Source: an uncultured Flavipsychrobacter sp. (lineage in GTDB: Bacteria > Bacteroidota > Bacteroidia > Chitinophagales > Chitinophagaceae). Taken from it: a stretch of DNA of 64,000 bases. The translations under genes were made by a program, and so were the position numbers. The notes under the pieces are model-generated. The model worked only from the letters and a program-made list of their open reading frames with translations. It ran no database searches and was not told the origin of the DNA. Below are positions 37,333 to 46,748 of the stretch, in pieces. The stretch's first letter is position 1; each line of letters begins with the position of its first letter. The stretch lies in the NCBI GenBank assembly GCA_964493865.1, contig CAZBPS010000010.1:17051-81050 (forward strand). The letters are read 5' to 3'.

Positions 37333-37376
37333 CAAAGCTACTTCCTATAAAAAACGTGGTAGGGAACAATTGTTCC
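37333..37376 (-). promoter_or_regulatory. Promoter of the rhodanese operon with a Crp/Fnr-type palindrome
   Basis: Minus-strand TAGCTTTG -7 box at 37340-37333; perfect palindrome GGAACAATTGTTCC at 37363-37376. Confidence 0.6.
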
Positions 37377-37377
37377 A

Positions 37378-37989
37378 TTAATCTGTTAAAAGTTCTATGG
37401 TATTCCGGCCCAGTTTCACCAGCTCCTTTTGCTCCATGGTGCGCAAAAGTCGGCTTATGGCTTCGCGATGAGTGTGCAGCTCGTCTGCTATCTGCTGGTG
37501 GGTGATATATAGTGCCTTAGTATTGGAGGCTTTGGCGCGCTCTTCGAGGTAATGCAATACCTGTTTGTCCATACTGCTGAATGCTATCAGGTCTATCACC
37601 TCTATCAGTTCGGCAAACCTGGTGCTGTAAGTATTATTTACATAGGCTTTCCATTCGGGATACTTGAACCACTCTTCTATCTGGTTTACGGGTACCTGCA
37701 TTATTTCCGTATCATCTTCGGCTATTGCCTTTACCATGCTTTTTTTGTGTGCCTGGCAGCAGTTTATAGCCATGGCGCAGGTTTGCCCCGGATAAAGGTG
37801 ATATAAGAATATGTCGCGGCCATCGCTACCCTGCCTCACAATCCTTAACACTCCCTTCCTGACAATGGGCAAAAAGACGATTTCATCACCCGGCCTTATC
37901 AAGGTGAAATCTTTCGGTACACTTTTGATGCGCGTGTACCGGTTAATCTCATCCAACAGTTTTTTGTCGGAAAAAATTTCATTATTCAT
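37378..37989 (-). CDS. Crp/Fnr family transcriptional regulator
   Basis: Cyclic-nucleotide-binding-like domain (LYHLYPGQTC) and C-terminal HTH THQQIADELHTHREAISRLL. Confidence 0.92.
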   Translation of the reverse strand: MNNEIFSDKKLLDEINRYTRIKSVPKDFTLIRPGDEIVFLPIVRKGVLRIVRQGSDGRDIFLYHLYPGQTCAMAINCCQAHKKSMVKAIAEDDTEIMQVPVNQIEEWFKYPEWKAYVNNTYSTRFAELIEVIDLIAFSSMDKQVLHYLEERAKASNTKALYITHQQIADELHTHREAISRLLRTMEQKELVKLGRNTIELLTD

Positions 37990-38005
37990 AGGTCAGCCTG
38001 AGCCT

Positions 38006-39649
38006 TTAGTCTTTCATATCCATTTCCATCCTCATGTACCTGCTTCTGCCGGTTGAAGTAGCCTCCTGATGTATAGAAGACGTGCGTTCTTCGGGAGCAG
38101 GTTGCTCTCCGCTGCGCTTGGCCGGTTTGGATGGGGCCGGTTCATCTTCGCTGTCGGGGGTGCCACCATGCTCGTAGTCGGGCTCAAGGTTAGTATCTGT
38201 TGTATCTGATTCGTGATAGTGATGCCCGTGGTCTTTAGTGCCACGCCTATTGATTGGTATGAACCCGCCAAAGTAAATGTTGGCACCGGATTGATTGCCC
38301 GAAACAAAAGCCAGCATATCATCGCTGCCTATATAAAAGCCTGTAACCCTTATGCCCAATCCTACTTTAACCGTATTGGACAATACACCATAAGTAATAG
38401 GTGTGCCTATGCTGAGTATCCTTGAATCGTAGCGGGGAGTTATTGTAAGCTGGTTATAAAAAGAGTTGCCGAAATTCTGGCGGTTGGCCAGGTTGGCCAC
38501 AAACATTGCATTTACATAAAAGCGCTTGTAAGCGTGCAGGTCTAGACCGAGGTTCAGCCTGGTAGGCATATATACCCGTGTATCGCGGTGAAATGTATCG
38601 GCGGTGAACCCATGCGATACGGCATAATCGCGAAACTCATCATAGTTGCTCACCTTATCACTGAAGTCTTTGCCGGAAACAACACCATCGCCGGTCACGC
38701 GTGCGTTCGAGTTTTTGTTGCGGCCATAATTTATTGAGCCAATATCCATCACCGATGCAGAGAAGCGCAGCAGGTAGCGGTTATTTGCATTGCTGCTATG
38801 TCTTTCTTCCTCGTGTCCATCACGGCCGGGCGTGTATTCATAGACTACTCCTATATCTCCGCCAAAACCGTAACCATCTTTAGAGCCAAAGAAATCGTTG
38901 AAGATGTTGCGGCTGTCAAGCCCGCCCAACACTGCGTTGCGCGTACTTAAAGCATTACTCGCAAATTCCATGTCAGACTTTGATACAAAAAGGGAATCGC
39001 TGGTGCCATTGTAGCGTGCGTCAAGATTGTTTCCCCTGAGACCGAGGTAACCTATACCTCCGAGGTAGCGAAGAGTTACCCCTAGCTTCAACTCGTGCTG
39101 CATATTATCAACGAGCACGGCAGCATAAGATAAACCTATCTCACTCCACACATGGGCTGTATAGTTAAACCTGTTTGATGTCACATCCAGATTGTTATCG
39201 GGCTGGTAATTGGGGTCTGTAAGTGTACCGTACAATGACCTGTCGAAATTATTGAACTGGTTCATTCCGCGCACGCCGGTAGTAAGCGCAACACTATGTT
39301 TGCTGTTGATGCTTACCATCACACCGGGCAGGCGCACCTGTGCATATGGTGCCAGCAAGCTGAATTTATTGTTGCTTCCGTATTTAAAAACGTTGTTGGT
39401 AGTACCGTCGTTTACGAGGTCAAATAATCCGCCACGGGTGTTTATGGTGCCGAGGTTATTATCGAGCCCGGCATTGATGCCTACTAAATCAATAGCAAAA
39501 CGGTGGCGGCTGTCTGCAATATTTGCAGGGTTCAGGTACAGGCTGTTCAATCCGCTCCAGTTGCTTGTGGCAATACCTAAATTATACTGCGCCTTTACCG
39601 TGGTTGAAAAGAAAACAGCTACCGCAAGTGTATATAATGAATATTTCAT
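38006..39649 (-). CDS. DUF5723-like outer-membrane protein with an acidic/His-rich disordered tail
   Basis: Signal peptide, LGIATSNWSGLNSLYLNPA, GVTLRYLGG, FYIGSDD, IYFGGFIPI. Confidence 0.72.
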   Translation of the reverse strand: MKYSLYTLAVAVFFSTTVKAQYNLGIATSNWSGLNSLYLNPANIADSRHRFAIDLVGINAGLDNNLGTINTRGGLFDLVNDGTTNNVFKYGSNNKFSLLAPYAQVRLPGVMVSINSKHSVALTTGVRGMNQFNNFDRSLYGTLTDPNYQPDNNLDVTSNRFNYTAHVWSEIGLSYAAVLVDNMQHELKLGVTLRYLGGIGYLGLRGNNLDARYNGTSDSLFVSKSDMEFASNALSTRNAVLGGLDSRNIFNDFFGSKDGYGFGGDIGVVYEYTPGRDGHEEERHSSNANNRYLLRFSASVMDIGSINYGRNKNSNARVTGDGVVSGKDFSDKVSNYDEFRDYAVSHGFTADTFHRDTRVYMPTRLNLGLDLHAYKRFYVNAMFVANLANRQNFGNSFYNQLTITPRYDSRILSIGTPITYGVLSNTVKVGLGIRVTGFYIGSDDMLAFVSGNQSGANIYFGGFIPINRRGTKDHGHHYHESDTTDTNLEPDYEHGGTPDSEDEPAPSKPAKRSGEQPAPEERTSSIHQEATSTGRSRYMRMEMDMKD

Positions 39650-39737
39650 TCAAAACGAGTTTACCGCTAACGTATCAGCGTATACGCCTCTAAAGTAATA
39701 CAATCATTTTGAATTTGAAGCAAACACATAGGTGGAA

Positions 39738-41177
39738 TTATATTTTATTCTTTTTGTTCTTCTTAAAAATTGGCACATACCCGCCGAAATAGAAGTTAAG
39801 GCCATGCTGGTTGCTGCTCATAAGTGCGAGCATATCATCGCTGCCGAAGAAGAAACCGGAAATACGGATGCCAAGGCCCATTTTCACATCCTTGGCCAGA
39901 CCGCTATAGCTGATTGGCACACCTATGGTGAAAAATTTATTCTCGAAGCGGGGTACGATGGATATTGTATTGTAATAAGAATTTCCGTAATTTAATCTGT
40001 TGGCCACATTTGCTATGTAGGTGGCATTTACATACAGACTTTTATATATCTGGTAATCAACACCTAATACCATGGCCGTAGGCATATACACTTTTGTGGC
40101 AAAAGAGCCGGTATCTACGGTAAAACCCTGTGATTTTACATAACTCCTGAATTCGTTATAGTCACCGAGGTGGTCTTCAAGACCTTTGCCGGTAAGATGC
40201 CCGTTTCCGGTAACATTTACCACAAAGTTATTCCCGGTTTTATATTTAATAGAACCAATATCTATAATGGCAGCAGATGCAGTAAGTCTATGCACATCTC
40301 CCGAGTTAGTTTTTTCACCATTCACAAGATTATCGCCACCTATCATGTAGGTATAGGTGAAACCGATATCCATACCAAAACCTGCGCCTGATTTAGCACC
40401 AAAGAGAGAATTGAGCACGCTGGAGGCATTGACGCCATCAGAGAATGCATTATCTGCGCTTACCGCATTGCTGGCAAATTGTATATCGGAATTGGTTGTG
40501 AATACGGTATCATTGCCCTGCTTGTAAGATACATCGAGATTTTTGCCCTTGAGGCCAAGATAATTGACCCCTGCCAGATAGCGTAATGTGATCCCACCCT
40601 TCAAGCTGTGAGGACCGCTCTCGAATATCTGCATTGCATAGCTAAGCCCTACTTCGCTCCATACATGCGCCGTCCAGTTAAAATTGCTGGTCACAAAATG
40701 ATAGTCCTGATCCACGTGATCATCCGACTTAACGGTATTATACAATGAGGGGTCAAAATGATTGAATTGGTTGATAGCCCTTACACGCGTGGTGAGCGCA
40801 AATGTTTGCTTCAGTTCATTGTTAAGGCTCACCATCACGGCGGGTAACCGCAATTGAATAGATGGCAACACCATGCTGAATGGTTCTTTACCCGCCATAT
40901 TGAATGTACCACCATCGGCACTACCGAGATCGCCCAGCTTGGAGAAAGAGCCAAGACTGTTGTCGAAGGCGGCATTGAGCGAAAAGAGGTTCACCACAAT
41001 CTTCTCCTTACAATCCGACAGGCTGGCGGGGTTGAGGTAGAGATTATTGATAGCGCTGTACTGGCCGGTAGCTATGCCTAAATACTGCTGGGCATTGCTG
41101 TGCAAACTGATGCCGCAGCATAAAACGAAAGAAAGAAGCGTGCCTTTATACATCATCTTGTGGGTATTAATATGCAT
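39738..41177 (-). CDS. DUF5723-like outer-membrane protein (tandem paralogue)
   Basis: YLGIATGQYSAINNLYLNPA, GITLRYLAG, FFFGSDD, FYFGGYVPI; collinear with the neighbour. Confidence 0.72.
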   Translation of the reverse strand: MHINTHKMMYKGTLLSFVLCCGISLHSNAQQYLGIATGQYSAINNLYLNPASLSDCKEKIVVNLFSLNAAFDNSLGSFSKLGDLGSADGGTFNMAGKEPFSMVLPSIQLRLPAVMVSLNNELKQTFALTTRVRAINQFNHFDPSLYNTVKSDDHVDQDYHFVTSNFNWTAHVWSEVGLSYAMQIFESGPHSLKGGITLRYLAGVNYLGLKGKNLDVSYKQGNDTVFTTNSDIQFASNAVSADNAFSDGVNASSVLNSLFGAKSGAGFGMDIGFTYTYMIGGDNLVNGEKTNSGDVHRLTASAAIIDIGSIKYKTGNNFVVNVTGNGHLTGKGLEDHLGDYNEFRSYVKSQGFTVDTGSFATKVYMPTAMVLGVDYQIYKSLYVNATYIANVANRLNYGNSYYNTISIVPRFENKFFTIGVPISYSGLAKDVKMGLGIRISGFFFGSDDMLALMSSNQHGLNFYFGGYVPIFKKNKKNKI

Positions 41178-41267
41178 TAATGAATGAGGTTAAACAAATG
41201 ATGGGGAAGTAGGACAAATATATATACAAAAAGCATTTTTTCTATGCATGGCAGAAATATATTTCGG

Positions 41268-41996
41268 TTACATCAAACACCGCTTATACAACTGCACCAC
41301 ATTCTCCAATCCATAATATAGTGCATCGGCAATGAGGGCGTGGCCTATGGACACTTCAAGCAAATTCGGGATTGATTGTTTGAAAAATTTCAGGTTGTCC
41401 CTATCGAGGTCGTGGCCGGCATTGAGACCAAGGCCGTGATGCATGGCCACTTGTGCGGCCCTTACGTAGGGCGCTACAGCCACGTCTTTATCGGTGTGGT
41501 AATTGCGGGCATAATCTTCGGTGTAGAGTTCCACCCTGTCGGTGCCTGTATCGGCGGCGGCGGCCACCATACGTTCCACGGGATCGGTGAAGATGGAAAC
41601 ACGGATGCCTGCATTTTTAAATACCTCTATTATACCGCGCAGATAGTTTTGTTCTGCAACGGTATCCCAGCCATGATCGGAGGTGAGCTGGCCTTGTGCA
41701 TCCGGCACCAGCGTTACTTGGGCGGGCTTCACATCGAGCACCAGTTGCACAAATTTATCCTCTTTGGGGTTGCCTTCTATGTTGAATTCAGTCCCGATAG
41801 CTATCGGGATTATTCTACTGATTTCCCTTACATCGCTGTACCTGATATGCCTTTCATCGGGGCGGGGATGAACGGTGATGCCATCAGCGCCGAACTTCTG
41901 GCAGTCTATAGCAGCCTGCAGCACATTGGGGTTATTGCCGCCGCGGCTGTTGCGCAGGGTGGCTATTTTGTTGATGTTTACAGAGAGTTTGGTCAT
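41268..41996 (-). CDS. pdxJ: Pyridoxine 5'-phosphate synthase
   Basis: LSVNINKIATLRN, ITVHPRPDERHI, EFNIEG, VTLVP, VELYT, NAGHDL, EVSIGHALI. Confidence 0.97.
   Translation of the reverse strand: MTKLSVNINKIATLRNSRGGNNPNVLQAAIDCQKFGADGITVHPRPDERHIRYSDVREISRIIPIAIGTEFNIEGNPKEDKFVQLVLDVKPAQVTLVPDAQGQLTSDHGWDTVAEQNYLRGIIEVFKNAGIRVSIFTDPVERMVAAAADTGTDRVELYTEDYARNYHTDKDVAVAPYVRAAQVAMHHGLGLNAGHDLDRDNLKFFKQSIPNLLEVSIGHALIADALYYGLENVVQLYKRCLM
41792..41809. repeat. Perfect 18-bp palindrome within pdxJ
   Basis: TCCCGATAGCTATCGGGA; encodes part of IPIAIG in frame. Confidence 0.85.
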
Positions 41997-42001
41997 GGTT
42001 A

Positions 42002-42116
42002 TTGCTCACTTTTTTGAAAAAAAACGTTGTTTTTTTATAATCTCCTGATAATTAGTGAGTTGCGCGAAAAACATTGCTCACTTCTTGCTCAAACGCTGCT
42101 CACTAAACTTGCTCAC
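42002..42116 (-). repeat. Five-box GTGAGCAA element B, copy 2
   Basis: + strand boxes: TTGCTCAC at 42002, 42074 and 42109; TTGCTCAA at 42085; CTGCTCAC at 42096. Spacing in the four-box block is the same as in copy 1. Confidence 0.85.
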
Positions 42117-42295
42117 TTCTTTCGTGAGCTGTGTTACCCAGAACATCCCCCTACCCCCTTCGCCAATTCACAAGGCCAACGCTTAAGGGGGAATACGCCG
42201 GTACGCTACTTCGCCTGTATACCTCTTTGGCAAACTTTCTGTAACGGTGTAAAGTTCTGTATTGCAGGGGTGAACGCAAAATATTTATGACATGG

Positions 42296-42351
42296 CGGTA
42301 CAGTTAGTGTACCGTCGTGGTACAGTAACTGTACCATGATGGAAAATGGTT
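42296..42351. repeat. Dispersed hairpin element A, copy 2 (with an extra half copy)
   Basis: CGGTACAGTTAGTGTACCG overlapping CGTCGTGGTACAG-TAA-CTGTACCATGATG-GAAAATGGTT. Confidence 0.7.
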
Positions 42352-42512
42352 CGGCAAGCTCACCATGGGCGGGGCGCGGGTTTGGGGGGAAATGCGTACG
42401 ATTTAGCCAAGATTTTTCTGATTATGTTGATGCAAAAAAGGATAGCAACGGTTTTTTTAGTTTAATCTGAGTTTCAGACATTTTTTATTAATTTTATACA
42501 AACTATATACCT

Positions 42513-43844
42513 ATGAAAAAGCTCTGGTTACTGCTGTTTGTTTTGCTGCCTGTATTCAGCATTGGACAGAATATCACTACTGTTGCTGGTGGTGGCACTA
42601 CAATAGGGGATGGCGGACCTGCTACTGCTGCAAACTTGTTGGTGTTTGGGCAAATAGCGTTTAACTCCCATGGTGATTTAATAATAGCTGCAAATAATGA
42701 TAAACGCGTTAGAAAAGTAGATGCTGTAACTGGTATAATTTCCACAATTGGAGGAACGGGAACATCCGGATACAGTGGCGACGGAGGGCCCGCAACAGCG
42801 GCAGCATTTAATTGGCCAAATCATGTTATTTGTGATCAATATGATAACATATATGTAGCAGATCATTCTAACAGAATTCGGAAGATAGATGCTCTTTCTG
42901 GAATAGTTACAACAATAGCAGGGAATGGTTTAGCAGCATTTGTTGGTGATGGTGGAACAGCCACGGCAGCATCTATAAATGGACCCGAAGGAATGGTGTT
43001 TGATGCTCTTGGCAATATGTTCTTTGTTGATGTAACCAATGCCAGGATTAGAAAAATAAGCACAGCAGGAATAATCACAACGGTGGCAGGCAGCGGAATC
43101 TCTGGATATAGTGGAGATGGGGGTGCTGCTACCGCAGCCAAAATTAATCCTTGGGATATTTGCTTCGATAATTTTGGTAAATTATACATTACTGACAACG
43201 ATCTCTATGTACGCAAAATAGATCTATCAACCGGAATAATTACTACGGTGGTCGGATATGGGTCTATTGTATATAATGGTGAGGGAATAGCTGCAACTGC
43301 TGCTGGGATAGGGCCTTCTGGGATATTCTTTGATGCAAGCAATAATATGTTTGTTGCTGATGCTTCCAACAATAGGGTGCGAATAGTAAACAGTTCAGGA
43401 ATTATATCAACCGCTGCAGGCACCGGTGTAAATGGATTTAGTGGAGATGGGGGTCCAGCTACAGCAGCGCAACTATACGGTCCATACGGACTGAAAATGT
43501 ATTGTGGTAATTTATACATAGCTGATGGACAAAATAGGAGAGTTAGGAAAGTGGCATACCATTCTGGATCCGGTTGCCCTGAATTGAATGCAGAGAATGT
43601 CTTTTCAGAAAAAGAAATTTCCATCTACCCCAACCCCGCCACTACGGAGCTTACTATCTCTGCGCCGGGTAAGATAAAGGAGGTGGGGGTGTACAATTTG
43701 CTGGGGCAAATTGGAGAGCAGGGTGTGGGGAGCGGAGAGCGGGAGTTACGTATCTCTGTCGCGGGTTTATCTCCGGGTATTTATTTTGTAAGGATAGTGA
43801 ATGAAGATGGCGGTGTGGTGGTGAGGAGGTTTGTGAAGGAGTAA
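42513..43844 (+). CDS. NHL-repeat beta-propeller T9SS cargo protein
   Basis: Repeated TVAG.G..G.SGDGG.ATAA and NRVRKI; C-terminal IYPNPA...PGIYFV...RRFVKE. Confidence 0.9.
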   Translation: MKKLWLLLFVLLPVFSIGQNITTVAGGGTTIGDGGPATAANLLVFGQIAFNSHGDLIIAANNDKRVRKVDAVTGIISTIGGTGTSGYSGDGGPATAAAFNWPNHVICDQYDNIYVADHSNRIRKIDALSGIVTTIAGNGLAAFVGDGGTATAASINGPEGMVFDALGNMFFVDVTNARIRKISTAGIITTVAGSGISGYSGDGGAATAAKINPWDICFDNFGKLYITDNDLYVRKIDLSTGIITTVVGYGSIVYNGEGIAATAAGIGPSGIFFDASNNMFVADASNNRVRIVNSSGIISTAAGTGVNGFSGDGGPATAAQLYGPYGLKMYCGNLYIADGQNRRVRKVAYHSGSGCPELNAENVFSEKEISIYPNPATTELTISAPGKIKEVGVYNLLGQIGEQGVGSGERELRISVAGLSPGIYFVRIVNEDGGVVVRRFVKE

Positions 43845-43977
43845 TCAGGATTCGAAGATTTAAGAATAGTTCGACTAAGCTCACTACAGGATACGCGAGT
43901 GGGTTGTCTTAATCACGGAATGTGATGCAACAACACCCAATAATTTATTTTTAGTAAATTTGTAATAAACAACCTAA

Positions 43978-44229
43978 ATGGGCACGGCTGCTATCAAGGA
44001 TATTAGAAATGAAATAAAAAAGAGCATTGACCTTGCTGATGATAAAACAGTGAAGATGATATATGCCATACTTGAAGTGGAGCAAAAAGAGGATGCCTGG
44101 ACAGATGCCGCATTTATAGCAGAAATGGACAAGCGGACAAAAGAATACGAAGCCGACACAGCAAAATTATTCAGCCTTGAAGAGATGGAAGATAATGCGC
44201 GCAGTTCTTATAAAGCCCGCAAAAAATGA
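43978..44229 (+). CDS. Putative antitoxin (addiction-module component type)
   Basis: 83-aa charged protein overlapping the toxin start (ATGA at 44226-44229). Confidence 0.7.
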   Translation: MGTAAIKDIRNEIKKSIDLADDKTVKMIYAILEVEQKEDAWTDAAFIAEMDKRTKEYEADTAKLFSLEEMEDNARSSYKARKK

Positions 44230-44531
44230 AAAGCTATACCATCGTTTTTCATGAAGATGTAGCCATTGATTATAACGAGGCCTACGCTTGGTATGAAGAA
44301 CAACAAAAAGGGCTTGGCGAAAAGTTTCTGGCTGAGGTTAACAACAAAATTCAAGAAATAAAAAACAACCCTGATTCCTATGCAATAAAATCAAGGCCAG
44401 GCTACCATGAGGCAGTAATCATAAAATTCCCTTATTCAATAGTTTTCAGGATATACAAGAAACAAAAAGTAATCCTAATAACGTCGGTTCACCACCACAA
44501 GAAACATCCCCGTAAAAAATACCGTAAGTGA
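44226..44531 (+). CDS. RelE/ParE family type II toxin
   Basis: YTIVFHEDVAIDYNEAYAWYEEQQKGLGEKFL, KFPYSIVF, VHHHKKHP. Confidence 0.85.
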   Translation: MKSYTIVFHEDVAIDYNEAYAWYEEQQKGLGEKFLAEVNNKIQEIKNNPDSYAIKSRPGYHEAVIIKFPYSIVFRIYKKQKVILITSVHHHKKHPRKKYRK

Positions 44532-44559
44532 AGAACGCGGTATTTCAGTAATTTTACCC

Positions 44560-46386
44560 ATGCCTGAAACTGTTGCCGTAGCAGAAGTTATTGACACCTC
44601 CAATTCTATTTTTCAGAAAGCGGTTTCGTTTGTAAAAGACACGAATGAAAATCTTTTCCTGACTGGCAGAGCCGGGACGGGGAAGACCACTTTTCTTAAA
44701 TATATACGGGAACATTGCGGCAAGCAATGCGCAGTTGTTGCCCCCACCGGCGTAGCAGCAATAAATGCCGGAGGCGAAACGATACACTCCTTCCTTCAAC
44801 TGCCGTTTGGTCCCTTCGTGCCGGGGAGTGCGGGAGGCTTTGGCAGACAATCGGAAGGCTCGAATGATAAACACTCGCTGTTGGCCAACCTGCGTCTGCG
44901 TGAAACAAAACTGAAACTGCTGCGCAAGCTGGAGCTGCTGATAATAGATGAGGTGAGCATGGTGCGCTGCGACCTGCTGGACTCTATGGACCTGGTGCTG
45001 CGCCACGTGCGCAAAAATTGGGCACAGCCGTTTGGCGGGGTGCAGGTACTTTTTATAGGCGACCTATTCCAGCTACCACCAGTAGCGCCGGAACAAGACT
45101 GGGATATATTGCGACACTATTACCAAAGCCCTTATTTCTTTGATTCAGTGGTGCTGCGCGACAATCCGCCCATCTATATAGAACTGAAGAAGATATACCG
45201 TCAAAAGGAACAGACGTTTATAGATATACTCAACCGCATACGCAACGGCAAAGTACTGCAGCAGGATGTGGACACCCTGAACCTTCAGTACGACCCGCTG
45301 CCACAAAAAGAAAAGGGATACATCATCCTATCCACGCACAACCACATAGCCGATAAAATAAACCTGCAATCGCTGGAAGAACTGCCGGGGAAACTACATT
45401 CGTTTACCGGCACGATAACAAATGAATTCAACCCGAAGAACCTGCCCACCGAAGAGGTGCTGCACCTGAAGGAAGGCGCACAGATAATGTTTGTAAAGAA
45501 TGACCTGCAAACACCAAGGCGATATTATAACGGAAAAATAGCACTGGTAAGCAAAATTGACAGTGATGGTATATGGGCTGCTTTTCCGGGAGAAGAAGAA
45601 AACACGCTGCTGCTGGAAAAGGAGACGTGGAAGAATATGCGCTATACATTGAACACGCAAAAAGGAGAAATAGAAGAAGAAGAATCGGGCAGCTTCACGC
45701 AATACCCAATAAGGCTGGCATGGGCCGTGACGGTGCACAAGAGCCAAGGACTTACGTTACAAAAAGCTGTGGTGGACCTGAACCAGTCGTTTGCGCCCGG
45801 GCAGGTGTATGTGGCGCTGAGCCGCTGCACTACCATGGAAGGATTAGTGCTGCGCAGCAAGCTGCAAACAAGCAACATAATTGTAGATGACCGGGTGGTG
45901 GATTTTGCCCGCTCAGAAAATGAGGAAGATGAACTGGAAGAACTGCTCCTACACAGCCGCCGCAAAGCCCATGAAGCACAATTGTGCAAAATATTTTCTT
46001 TTACGGAGCTGATAACCTACCTGGAACAAATGCTGCCTGATATTATGAAAAGAAAGACAGGGCCAAGGGAAAAAAACATGCACCTGATTGAAGAAATTAT
46101 CCATACGCTGGACAAGGCGCAAAAGCACGCTGGCGGCTTTCATAAACAGATACGCATACTTATTAATGACAATGAAGACAGTCTTCTCGCGGCAAGGAAA
46201 AGAGCAGGTATCACCTATTTTACGGAGCAGGTGCTGGAGCCGATGATAGCAAAAGTAGATGAACATATTGGTACCCTAGGCACACTCACCAAAGTAGCCA
46301 AGCAGGTGAAACAATGGAAGGAACTGAACAATGAACTGAAACTGAAAGTGGCTGAATTACGCTCTGCGCAAGGGCTTCAGCCGTGA
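44560..46386 (+). CDS. PIF1/RecD-like SF1B helicase
   Basis: LTGRAGTGKTT, APTGVAA, IIDEVSMV, GDLFQLPPV, TVHKSQG, YVALSR. Confidence 0.9.
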   Translation: MPETVAVAEVIDTSNSIFQKAVSFVKDTNENLFLTGRAGTGKTTFLKYIREHCGKQCAVVAPTGVAAINAGGETIHSFLQLPFGPFVPGSAGGFGRQSEGSNDKHSLLANLRLRETKLKLLRKLELLIIDEVSMVRCDLLDSMDLVLRHVRKNWAQPFGGVQVLFIGDLFQLPPVAPEQDWDILRHYYQSPYFFDSVVLRDNPPIYIELKKIYRQKEQTFIDILNRIRNGKVLQQDVDTLNLQYDPLPQKEKGYIILSTHNHIADKINLQSLEELPGKLHSFTGTITNEFNPKNLPTEEVLHLKEGAQIMFVKNDLQTPRRYYNGKIALVSKIDSDGIWAAFPGEEENTLLLEKETWKNMRYTLNTQKGEIEEEESGSFTQYPIRLAWAVTVHKSQGLTLQKAVVDLNQSFAPGQVYVALSRCTTMEGLVLRSKLQTSNIIVDDRVVDFARSENEEDELEELLLHSRRKAHEAQLCKIFSFTELITYLEQMLPDIMKRKTGPREKNMHLIEEIIHTLDKAQKHAGGFHKQIRILINDNEDSLLAARKRAGITYFTEQVLEPMIAKVDEHIGTLGTLTKVAKQVKQWKELNNELKLKVAELRSAQGLQP

Positions 46387-46739
46387 TAAACTCTTGAGGC
46401 TATAATCAACCCGTTCTTTATTTCCAGCACTTCTGCCACCAGCATATCCGGCTCATGTTCCACGTGGCGTATGTATTCCATGAATACACGTTCATTATTT
46501 GCTGTAAGTGTTGTGTACCTGTAATTGAGCGTTGGCAATCTATCGAATGCATCCTGCCACCACTCGCGCAGCGCAGGTTTTCCGCTTACCATGCCATTAG
46601 TTTCAGGTTGTCTTATTTTTAATTTGGGGCTGTAATGCTGTGCATTATCATCATACAGGCTCAATAATTTTTCCAGGTCATGCTCATTAAAAGCATCAAA
46701 CCATTTCTGTGCAATGGAAATATTATCGTGCTGCTGCAT
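46377..46739 (-). CDS. SnoaL-like / NTF2 family protein
   Basis: WFDAFNEHDLEKLLSLY, GKPALREWW, SRVYHG. Confidence 0.85.
   Translation of the reverse strand: MQQHDNISIAQKWFDAFNEHDLEKLLSLYDDNAQHYSPKLKIRQPETNGMVSGKPALREWWQDAFDRLPTLNYRYTTLTANNERVFMEYIRHVEHEPDMLVAEVLEIKNGLIIASRVYHG
46456..46471. promoter_or_regulatory. Degenerate parS-like site within the SnoaL-like CDS
   Basis: TGTTCCACGTGGCGTA, 13/16 identity to TGTTCCACGTGGAACA. Confidence 0.4.
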
Positions 46740-46748
46740 TAATGTCTC

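Noticed and set aside
42027-42290. 87-aa + strand ORF in the pdxJ upstream region
   Set aside because: It runs through non-coding repeat element B and has no recognisable coding features.
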